From Archangium sp. (lineage in GTDB: Bacteria; Myxococcota; Myxococcia; Myxococcales; Myxococcaceae), in NCBI GenBank assembly GCA_031367385.1, contig JANLPS010000227.1, positions 1-51,921 of the forward strand: a stretch of DNA of 51,921 nucleotides, given 5' to 3'. How positions within the stretch are numbered: the first letter of the stretch is position 1; the number at the start of each line of letters is the position of its first letter. Of this stretch, positions 1-8,900 are shown piece after piece. Both the position numbers and the translations under genes were made by a program. The notes under the pieces are model-generated. The model was not told the origin of the DNA. It ran no database searches and saw only the letters and a list, made by a program, of their open reading frames with translations.

Positions 1-1768
1 TGAGCAGGCCGACCGCGCCCTCGCTGCCCCTTCGGGCGCATTGAGCCGCCGCCGGACCACGTTGGTCGAACAGGTCGCACCCGACGACCGCGAGCGGCTC
101 GAGCAGGCCCTCGAGGCCGCCGTCAGCGGCAGCCGTTTGGAGATCGAACTGCGGCTCGACGTACCGACCCGAGGCCTGATCTGGGTCTCGTTTCAGGGCG
201 ACGTCATTCGTGACGGCGCGGGCAAGCCCGAGCGAATCACCGGCACGGTGATGGACATCGCTCAGCGCAAGCAGCGCGAGGGCGAGCTGCGTCGGCAAAC
301 GTTGCTCTTCGAGTCGCTCTACGATGGCGTCGTGCTCTTCGATCTCGAAGGCAACATCCTCGATTGGAATGCGTCGGCCGAGCGGCTCTTTCCCCGAGCC
401 AAGCCCGAGATGCGCGGCGACCCAGTGTTCTCGCTCTTTCCAAGCGCTGACCGAGTATCGTTGCTGAAGACCTGTTTCGACGCCATCGCGCACCAAGGCC
501 GGTGGACGACCGAGGTCGAGCTGCCTAACCCACTCGGGCCAATCGTTTGCGAAGTGGTGGTGGTGCAGCTGCGCGACGTGACCGAAGCGACCATCGGGCA
601 CGTGATGGTGCTCCGTGACGTGACCGAGCGAAAGAAGCTGCAGGCCCAGCTGATCTTCGCTGATCGGCTCTCGAGCCTCGGCACCCTGGCCGCCGGAGTG
701 GGCCATGAGATCAACAACCCGCTCTCGTTCATCATGGCGAACCTGGGGTTCGTCGAAGAAGAGCTGGCTGGGGGCAAGACCTCGAACGCCGAGCTGATGC
801 ACGTGCTGCAAGACTGCCAAACCGGGGTCAAGCGCATCGCGGCGATCGTGCGCGACCTGAGGGCGTTTTCGCGCACCGACCGTGACGAGACACCGGTGCA
901 GCTCGATGTCTCTAAATCGGTGACATTGGCGTGCAGCATGGCGGCGAATGAAATTCGGTACCGCGCCCGGCTGGTCCGACAGCTCGAAGAAGTACCCGCG
1001 GTGATGGGCCAAGAATCGCGCCTCGGCCAGGTGGTGCTCAACCTGCTCATCAACGCGGCCCAATCGATACCCGAGGGCCAGGCCACCGAAAATGAAGTGC
1101 GGGTGCGGGTCTTCGCGCCGAACAGTCGAGCGGTCTGCATCGAAGTCAGTGACACCGGCGCTGGCATGCCCCCTGACGTACAGGCGCGCATCTTCGACCC
1201 GTTCTTCACGACCAAGCCGGTGGGCGGGTCGGGCCTCGGCCTGTCGATTTGCCACGGCCTGGTCACTGCGATGCACGGCACCATCGAGGTCAAGAGCGCG
1301 CCCGGCAAAGGCAGTACCTTCACCGTCACCCTGCCCAGCAAACGTCAGTCGATCATCACGCCGATGGTGCAAGCGAAGGCAGCAGCGCCAGCCTCGAACG
1401 CGCAGCGCGGCCGAGTGCTGGTGATCGATGACGAAGAGGCCCTCGGAGCGGCGATCGTGCGCGTGCTCTCGGCGACGCAAGATGTGCGTGCGGTCAACAC
1501 CGCGAAGGCGGCCCTGGCCTTGTTCGCGGGAGGAGAGCGCTTCGATGTGGTGATCTCCGACCTCATGATGCCCGAGATGAACGGCATGGATTTTTACGAG
1601 CAGCTCTCGACGACCGCGCCAGACCAGGCCGGCAGAATCATCTTCATGACGGGTGGCGCTTTCACTGATCAGGCCGCGTCATTCATCGAACGGTTTCCCG
1701 ACCGGGTGGTCTCGAAGCCGCTCGACCTGTTCGAGCTGCGTCGGTTGGTCGAGCAGCGGCTGACCTAA
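1..1768 (+). CDS. Hybrid sensor histidine kinase (PAS-PAS-HisKA-HATPase-REC), 5' partial
   Basis: H-box AAGVGHEINNPL, N-box NLLINAAQ, G boxes DTGAGM / FFTTKPVGGSGLGL, C-terminal receiver (VIDDE...SDLMMP...SKP). The frame is open back to position 2, so the true start probably lies upstream of the window. Confidence 0.93.
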   Translation, partial: EQADRALAAPSGALSRRRTTLVEQVAPDDRERLEQALEAAVSGSRLEIELRLDVPTRGLIWVSFQGDVIRDGAGKPERITGTVMDIAQRKQREGELRRQTLLFESLYDGVVLFDLEGNILDWNASAERLFPRAKPEMRGDPVFSLFPSADRVSLLKTCFDAIAHQGRWTTEVELPNPLGPIVCEVVVVQLRDVTEATIGHVMVLRDVTERKKLQAQLIFADRLSSLGTLAAGVGHEINNPLSFIMANLGFVEEELAGGKTSNAELMHVLQDCQTGVKRIAAIVRDLRAFSRTDRDETPVQLDVSKSVTLACSMAANEIRYRARLVRQLEEVPAVMGQESRLGQVVLNLLINAAQSIPEGQATENEVRVRVFAPNSRAVCIEVSDTGAGMPPDVQARIFDPFFTTKPVGGSGLGLSICHGLVTAMHGTIEVKSAPGKGSTFTVTLPSKRQSIITPMVQAKAAAPASNAQRGRVLVIDDEEALGAAIVRVLSATQDVRAVNTAKAALALFAGGERFDVVISDLMMPEMNGMDFYEQLSTTAPDQAGRIIFMTGGAFTDQAASFIERFPDRVVSKPLDLFELRRLVEQRLT

Positions 1769-2967
1769 ACCGCTGGTTCTTGACGCGTCAGCACGCCCAT
1801 CGTGACCAGATCATTGAGCAGGTTCGACAGCCCGATCGGGGTCAGCTCTCGTGCGACGGTCATCGCGTCGGCCCAGGTGAAGGGCTCGCGAAAAGCGACC
1901 AACCGTTCGAGCGCGGCGACCAACGGCGTTTCGATCTCGAGGTCCGACTCCAGGCCCGGCATCGACAAGAACGCAGCCCCGTCACGGTTCACGACGGCCC
2001 GGCCTTCGGTGCTGTCTTGCCAGCGGTACCCACTTCGCTGCGTGGCCAGCGCGACCTCGGTACGAGTCATGTCTCTGAGCGCGGCAATCGCCGAAGCCTG
2101 GAGCCGCTCGAAGTGTGCATCTGCCCGAGCAGAGTCTTCAGGGCTCAGATGATAGTGCCCATATGCCACTGCCTCGCAGTACTCGCGAAACGCAGCGGTC
2201 TCGGTGAGCCGGGTCGAGAGCGCGGCGGCGATCGCCGAGGTCCACGTCTGGCCTTTGACGACGAGGTTGACGCCCCAGGTGGTGCTCAGCGAGTCGACCT
2301 CGTGCCAGTAGCCCCGCGGCAAGAACACCACGCACCCCGCGGTGGCGGTCACTTCGGTCATTCGCGAGCGATCGAACGCCGCTGGCATGACCGGGTTCGC
2401 GGCATACGCGGCTTCCGTGAACCCTCCGAGCGAGCCATCAGCGCGGCGCTGAGGGTGAAACGATCGAAGCGGGTTTGTGATGTGGTGATTGGGCTCGAGC
2501 CGCCATCGCTTTTCACCATCGAGCAAGATCTGGAAATTGATGTCGTGATCATAGTGCCGCGACGAGAGGCCACCGGCTCTGCCCGCGAAGGCCTCCACTG
2601 AGAGCTGCCAAGGTGGCACTCCCAGCTCGTTCGCCACGTCGGTGAAGGGCTTGATCACGCCTGGCACCGAGCGCTCGACCGGCGCGATGTAGAGATTGCT
2701 GCCACGGTTCAAAAAATCGAGCGCGGCAGAGGGCGCCACATCTGCGCGAATCGCGTTCGGGCCGAGCAACCTGACCGTGCCCGAAAGCCTCGGCAGCAAC
2801 GCCTCGACGCTGGCCAGACCCTCGATCGCCCTCACCTTTTCGATCAACGCCGGGTTGGGTCGACTGACGAAGGGCGCTCCGCCCACCCAGTGGCGCGCTC
2901 TGAACTCGGCGGGGGTCAGCGGGGCGATCAGCTCGCTCAAGGCCACGGTTGACGACGGCTCACCCAT
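1765..2967 (-). CDS. JmjC/cupin 2-oxoglutarate-Fe(II) oxygenase (YcfD/RoxA-like fold)
   Basis: HxD...H facial triad (RHYDHDINF...LDGEKRW...PRGYWHEV) and a helical, winged-helix-like C-terminus. Start set at ATG 2967 because the longer ORF overlaps the divergent gene. Confidence 0.85.
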   Translation of the reverse strand: MGEPSSTVALSELIAPLTPAEFRARHWVGGAPFVSRPNPALIEKVRAIEGLASVEALLPRLSGTVRLLGPNAIRADVAPSAALDFLNRGSNLYIAPVERSVPGVIKPFTDVANELGVPPWQLSVEAFAGRAGGLSSRHYDHDINFQILLDGEKRWRLEPNHHITNPLRSFHPQRRADGSLGGFTEAAYAANPVMPAAFDRSRMTEVTATAGCVVFLPRGYWHEVDSLSTTWGVNLVVKGQTWTSAIAAALSTRLTETAAFREYCEAVAYGHYHLSPEDSARADAHFERLQASAIAALRDMTRTEVALATQRSGYRWQDSTEGRAVVNRDGAAFLSMPGLESDLEIETPLVAALERLVAFREPFTWADAMTVARELTPIGLSNLLNDLVTMGVLTRQEPAV

Positions 2968-3024
2968 GAAGTCGATGTTACAGGCAAGCCAGTCGAAAAA
3001 GTCGAACTGTGAGAAGGTTGCCCC

Positions 3025-4761
3025 GTGTCGACGCTTTGGGTCTGCCTGCTGCTCGCGCAAGTGTCTGCGGAGCCCGGCTACGAAGACCGTCTGGTCGGCT
3101 GGGCGCTCGAGCAGCAGGGCCGCGCGATTGAGCCGACGCCCGAAGGCAAGCGCGTCGACGAGGTGCTGGTCTCGAGCGAAAACGTGTTCGCCGCGTCTGA
3201 CCCGTGGCCGTCGATTCTCAATGTGTTCCACTGGCGTACCCGGGAGGCGGTGATTCGCCGTGAGGTGCTGCTGACCCCCGGCGACGTGTGGACCGGGCCG
3301 CGGGTGATGGAGACCGAGCGCAACCTGCGAAGGCTCTTCTTCTTGGCGGTGGTGAAGGTGGTGCCGGTGAAGAGCCCCAGCGGCGGGGTGGGCCTGTTGG
3401 TGGTGACGAAAGATCGCTGGAGCCTGCGGCTGAGCAACAGCTTCACCTTGATCGGCCCCCTGTTGCAGACGCTCTCGCTCTCGCTGACCGAGATCAACTT
3501 CAACGGCTGGGGTCAGAGCGTGGCCCTCAACACCGTGCTGCGGCTCGACACCTTGAGCCTCGGGCAGACCTTCATCGAGCGGCGGCTCTTCGGCTCACGG
3601 CTGTACTTCGGTGAGTCGGCCGCGTTGATTCTGAACCGGTACACCGGCACGCCCGAAGGCACCTCTGGCGCGGTGGTAGTGGGGCGGCCGATCATCACGC
3701 TCGATCAAACCTGGGGCGCCCTGGTGAACGCCGACTGGAACGTTCGCCGCCGCCGGGTCTTTCGCGGGGCCAGCATCTGGCAACTGCCGTACTCCGATGA
3801 CGAGACCCCATCGGCGAAGGTGCCCTACGTCTATGACGTGCGAGAGGTCACCACCGCCGCCAACTTCACCCGCAGCTTCGGCCGCGCGACCAAGCTCGAT
3901 CTCACCGGTGAGCTCGGGGGGTACTTCAAGCAGTACGCCCCGCCCGCCGGCACCTTGAACGCCGCCCAGGCCCAGTGGTTGGTCAGCAACTACCTGCCGC
4001 GCTCAGAGAACGTCACTTACGTCTCGGCGTACGCGCGCGCGTTTCCCGCAGATTACAAAATTCTCCGCAACATCGACGCGTTCGAGCTCTCCGAAGACTT
4101 TCAAATCGGGTGGCTCGCCCAGGTCGGAGCTCGCTACGCCTTTCCCCTGCCCTTCGCGCCTTCGCACTTCATCGAGCTGGGTGGGGCCGTGCGGTACCGC
4201 TTCTACCGCGGCGACGACTTGTTCACCGTCAGCGTCGCCGGGGCGATGCGCGTTCGACCCGGCGACACCATCGCGAATCGCCGCCTCGCGGCCGAGGTCA
4301 TCAACTATTCGCCAAGCGTATACGGAGGCCGCTTCGTCACCCGCGTGATGGTCGACTTCATCGCGAACGATCTCAACAACCGCCAGCTGCTGCTCGGGGG
4401 CTCCACCGGCCTGCGTGGCACGCTCGCCGAGCAATTCACCGGCAAAAACCTCGTCTTGGCCAACGTCGAATACCGCGCGCGGCCCTTCGAAGTGCTCACC
4501 TCGTGGCTCGGGTTGGTGATTTTCTACGACGTGGGCTCAGCCTTCAACTCGGTGGTGAGCCTGACCCACACCACCGGCATCGGCCTGCGCATCATGCTGC
4601 CGCAGCTGAACCAAGACGTGCTGCGCATCGACTTCGGCCTGGTCATCGGAGGGCCGAACGCGAGCATCGATCGCCTCAACGCGACCTGGGGCCAGGTGAC
4701 CGACATTCGCCCCTCGCCCGCCGCAGGGCAGTCGTCGTCGTTTCTCGACCAGCCGCTCTAA
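3025..4761 (+). CDS. Omp85 (BamA/TamA-like) outer-membrane protein with a single POTRA domain
   Basis: Signal peptide; POTRA-like TREAVIRREVLL...ETERNLRRL; EINFNGWGQ at barrel start; LGGSTGLRG loop-6 motif; NVEYR, FYDVG and LRIDFG beta-strands. Confidence 0.85.
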   Translation: MSTLWVCLLLAQVSAEPGYEDRLVGWALEQQGRAIEPTPEGKRVDEVLVSSENVFAASDPWPSILNVFHWRTREAVIRREVLLTPGDVWTGPRVMETERNLRRLFFLAVVKVVPVKSPSGGVGLLVVTKDRWSLRLSNSFTLIGPLLQTLSLSLTEINFNGWGQSVALNTVLRLDTLSLGQTFIERRLFGSRLYFGESAALILNRYTGTPEGTSGAVVVGRPIITLDQTWGALVNADWNVRRRRVFRGASIWQLPYSDDETPSAKVPYVYDVREVTTAANFTRSFGRATKLDLTGELGGYFKQYAPPAGTLNAAQAQWLVSNYLPRSENVTYVSAYARAFPADYKILRNIDAFELSEDFQIGWLAQVGARYAFPLPFAPSHFIELGGAVRYRFYRGDDLFTVSVAGAMRVRPGDTIANRRLAAEVINYSPSVYGGRFVTRVMVDFIANDLNNRQLLLGGSTGLRGTLAEQFTGKNLVLANVEYRARPFEVLTSWLGLVIFYDVGSAFNSVVSLTHTTGIGLRIMLPQLNQDVLRIDFGLVIGGPNASIDRLNATWGQVTDIRPSPAAGQSSSFLDQPL

Positions 4762-5072
4762 AGCCGACGCCAGCTGCCTTCGACCCACACGTGATGCCGG
4801 CCGCGGTGCTCCCAGTGACCTGGCACCCACGCATGATTCGCGCGAGTCACCACCCAGGTGCCCGGAGCCCAGACCCAACGCCGCCCGCGCCAGGCCCAAT
4901 GGCCGCCGACCCAGAGGTGGTTCGGCGAGGGCGCGACGCCAATCACCTCGACTTGGGGCGGAGGCGGGGCTTCGTCGGCATATTCTTGCTCGTACATCAC
5001 CGGGCTCGCGCGCACGACGCACGCCGAGCTCGCCAGCACGACAACCAAAGACAATGCGGTTCGCAGTTTCAT
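4758..5072 (-). CDS. YXWGXW/WXXGXW-repeat lipoprotein
   Basis: Lipobox ASSAC, APPPPQVE linker, repeats WVGGHW, WAPGTW, WVPGHW, WVEGSW. Confidence 0.85.
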   Translation of the reverse strand: MKLRTALSLVVVLASSACVVRASPVMYEQEYADEAPPPPQVEVIGVAPSPNHLWVGGHWAWRGRRWVWAPGTWVVTRANHAWVPGHWEHRGRHHVWVEGSWRRL

Positions 5073-5112
5073 GACAGGTCTGTAAAACCCCCGGGCCTCG
5101 CAAAGGTTGCGT

Positions 5113-5871
5113 CTAAGGCAGGTCGGTCTGCAACAACTCGGTGAACACCACCTGGGCCACCTGCTCGAACAATCGGGCGCCCATCACCAGGCCGCCGCAG
5201 TGGTTGGGCTCCCTCGCCACGGTCAGCGCCACGCACTTGGGCAACACCGCGGCCCAAAATGCCTCCGACACACGGGGCATCAGGTACTCGCGAATCACTT
5301 GGGTCGGCCAGGGCAGCACCGTGGTCGGGTCGGCGTCGCTCGACGAGGTGAAGCAGTCGACGTCAACGTCGAGAATGATTTGCTGCGCCGCGGAGATGAG
5401 CTCAAAGGCCTGACGCGACTCTGGAGACGCGCGGTCGGTGCCGAAGTCGGCGCTGATCGAATCGACCGTGCGGGCGCGAACCAGCTGGTGCTCACCGTTC
5501 CACAGTGAGCCTTCGAAGCAGCCGACGGGCGCGGTGCGGGCGAGCGCGATGACGTCGCTGAGCACTCCGGCGTCGAGGGCGGCGAGCACGTGATCGTAAT
5601 TTCGAACATCGAGGGCGCGGCGGGCATGCGCGTCGAGCTCGAGCACCGAGAGGCCTTTGGCCGTGCTGACCTTGGGAGGCACCAGGTCGAAGTGTCGATC
5701 GAGGGTGATCAACAACGCAGGTGGGCCGTCACCCTTCGCCAGCGCCCAACACGGCAGCGCCAAGCGGTGCGGGTCGAACACGAAGGCCACCTGAGGGCCC
5801 CTGCCGGCAAGGGTCAGGGTGATGACTCCGGCCAAGCGCGACGTGATGGCGGCATCGAGCTCGACGGTCAT
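5113..5871 (-). CDS. UPF0489-family protein (arginase/deacetylase-like fold)
   Basis: Motifs FDPHRLA, TLDRHFDL, NYDHV, LDVDVDCF and AREP. Start set at ATG 5871 because the longer ORF overlaps the upstream gene. Confidence 0.7.
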   Translation of the reverse strand: MTVELDAAITSRLAGVITLTLAGRGPQVAFVFDPHRLALPCWALAKGDGPPALLITLDRHFDLVPPKVSTAKGLSVLELDAHARRALDVRNYDHVLAALDAGVLSDVIALARTAPVGCFEGSLWNGEHQLVRARTVDSISADFGTDRASPESRQAFELISAAQQIILDVDVDCFTSSSDADPTTVLPWPTQVIREYLMPRVSEAFWAAVLPKCVALTVAREPNHCGGLVMGARLFEQVAQVVFTELLQTDLP

Positions 5872-5906
5872 GGCCACGGCGCATAGCGCGCAACCGCCCC
5901 AAGCGC

Positions 5907-8900
5907 TTACTGAATCGCGAGCCCCAACGGCTTGAGCGCGATCTGCCCGTACGAATCGACCACCGTGATGATCAGCGTGTAGTCGCCCGCCGTCGTCGGA
6001 GTGCCCTTGATGACCCCATTCACGCTGAGCGTCAGCCCCGGCGGCATCGTGCCCTGAATCGCCCACAGGTATGGCAGCGTGCCACCCGAGGCCATCAGCG
6101 GCGTCTGCGGGTAGGCCGTGCCCACCGTGCCGCCAGGCAACGACGCGGTCGAGATGCTCAGCTTGGTGTCGACGTTGAGCGCAAGCGTCGCGCTGGTCGT
6201 CTGCGGAGGCATCGCGGAGTCGGTCGCGGTGAAGGTCACCATCAGCCGGCCCTTCGCGCCGCTGGGGGTGCCAGTGATGACGCCCAAGGCAGACACGCTG
6301 AGCCCCGACGGCAAGGGGCCCGAGCTCCAGCTGACCTGGCCGGTGCCGCCGGTGCTGGTCAAGATCATCGCGTACGGTTGATCGACGACCGCGGTCGGCA
6401 GCGGGTTGGGCGCGGTGATCACCAACGCGGCGTTCACCAGAGTCGACATGGCCCGGGTCGCGGTCGCGCTCGCCGAGTCGGTCACCTTCACGGTGAACTG
6501 CGCCGTGCCACCTTCAGTCGGGGTGCCTGACAACGCGCCCGCGGCCGAGAGCGAGACGCCAGTGGGCAAAGCGCCCGCGCTGACCGACCACACATACCCA
6601 CCCGAGCCACCTGACGCGGTCAACGAGGCCGCCGGGTACGCCACGCCGATGACGCCCGAGGGCACAGTGAAGGTCGTCACGGTGAGCGTGCCGACCGGTG
6701 CAATCACCACGGAGTACGCCTTGGTCGCGGTGACCGCCGGCTGGGTCGCGTCAGTGACCGTGAGGCTGAACGACTTCGTGCCTGCCGTGGTCGGAGTGCC
6801 GGTCAGGGCTCCAGTCGCTGCGTCGAGCGTCACTCCGGCTGGCAGCATGCCCGCACTCACCGACCATGTGTACGGTTGATTGCCCCCGGTCGCCGAGACC
6901 GTGGCCGCGTACGCCACGTTGGCCACGCCGTTGGGCAGCGGGTCGCTGGAGATCGCCAGCGCCGAGGCGACGGTGAGCCTGCAGCTTCGGGTCTGGCTCT
7001 GCTTCGGCGTCGAGGCATCTTCGACCCGCATCGAGAACGTGTACGTGCCCGCCGTCGTCGGAGTGCCGCTCGCTACGCCCGTGCCAGTCACCGTCAACCC
7101 TGGCACCGAGCCCCCACCGACCGCCGCCCACGTATAGGGGGGCGACCCGCCGGTCGCCGCGAACGTGAGCAGGTAATTCGCGCCGACCACCGTCGCCGGC
7201 AATGGAGACGTCGTCGCGATGGCGATCGCCGTGGTGACCGTGATGCTCAGGTCTTTGGTGGCTTGTTGAGACGGAGCACCCGAGTCGGTCGCCTTCACCG
7301 TGAAGCTCGAAGTCCCCGCGGTGGTCGCGGCTCCCGAAATCACGCCCGTCGCTGCATCGAGGGTCACCCCAGCCGGCAATGAACCGGCGGAGATGCTCCA
7401 GGTGTACGGCGGGGTGCCTCCGATGCCCTTGAGCGACGCGGAGTACGGCGAGTTGACCACCGCATCGGCGAGTGAGCTGCTCTTCACGGCCAACTTCGAA
7501 ACCACCACCAGCTGGGTCGACTGCGTGGCCAGCACCGGCGTCGGCATCGTGGAGTCGATCACCGCCAGAGTGAAGGCGAAGGTGCCCGCGTTCGAAGTCG
7601 TGCCCGAGATGACACCGGTCGAGCTCAGCGCCAGCCCAGCCGGCAACGCGCCCGATGAAATCGACCAGGTGTAGGGCGGCGTACCCCCCGCCACCGTCGC
7701 GGTCGCCGAGTACGGAGTGCCCGCCAGCACCGCCGGGGGAGGCCCACTGGTGATGGTCAAGGTGCCAGCGCCATTGATGAAGAACGAATAGGTCACCGTC
7801 TTCGATTGCCCGCCCGCGTCGGTCACGGTCAGCTGCACCAGCGCGTTGCCGCTCGCGGTCGGCGTGCCGGAGATGGTGCCACTGGCGCTCAGCATCAGCC
7901 CCGCGGGCAGGGCGCCTCCCGTGAGGGCCCAGGTGTAGGGCTTGAGGCCTCCCGTCGCGTTCACGGTGGCGGAGTAGGCCGACGCGACCAACCCATCGGG
8001 CAAGTCAGAGGTGGTGATGACCAACGCCGGCAGCGTCGTCAAGCGCAGCATCGCCGTCGCGGTCAGCGAGTCAGCCGAGGCGTCGGTCGCGGTCACGGTG
8101 AACGTGAAGGTGCCCGACTCGGTGGGCGTGCCGGTCAATGACCCCGAAGACGACAGGCTGACGCCTGCCGGGAGCGAGCCAGCGCTCAACGACCAAGACA
8201 CCGGCGCCAACCCACCCGTCGCCAACAGCGTCGCGGCGTACGCCGAGCCCACGACGCCGGTCGCCAGCATCGTGGTGGCAATCACGAGCGGGTCATACAC
8301 GGTCAGCGTCAACGGCGCGGTGGCGAGCTGCGTGGGCAGCGACTGATCAGACGCGCGCACGGTGAAGCTCGAGGTGCCAGGGCCGCTCGGCGCGCCGCTC
8401 AAGTCTCCTGCGCTCGAGAGCTTGAGCCCCGGGGGCAACGCTCCAGACGCGATGCTCCAGGTGTACGGCCCGGTGCCTCCGGTCGCTGCGAGCGTGCTGG
8501 CGTACGGCTGCGTCGACACGCCGGTGGGCAGCGCCGCAGTGGTGATGGCGAGCGCGCCTGCGCCACCGATGAAGATGGTCAGGTCATCAGAGGTCGAAAG
8601 CTGCACCGGCGATGAGGCGTCGCTCACCGCGATCTTGAACGTCGATGAGCCAATCGTCGTTGGTGTGCCCGACAACACCCCCGCCAAGCTCAAGCTCAAG
8701 CCCGCCGGTACGCTGCCCGAGGCGACCGCCCACACATAGGGTTTGGTGCCTCCGGTCGCGCCCAGGGCCTTCGAATACGCAACGCCCTTCGTGCCGTTGG
8801 GCAACGTCTTGGTCGAGATCGCCAGCACCGGCGCGATGCTCACGGTCAGCGACGCCGAGGCCACTTGGGGTGGCTCGCTGGTGTCGGTCGCGGTCACCAC

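Noticed and set aside
1210..1245. G2 box of the first kinase is one residue shorter (PVGGSGLGL versus PVGQGTGLGL in the second kinase)
   Set aside because: In-frame, with GxGLGL retained; not enough to call it inactive.
2968..3231. N-terminal extension of the JmjC ORF in the ORF track
   Set aside because: It overlaps the divergent Omp85 gene; the domain begins after ATG 2967.
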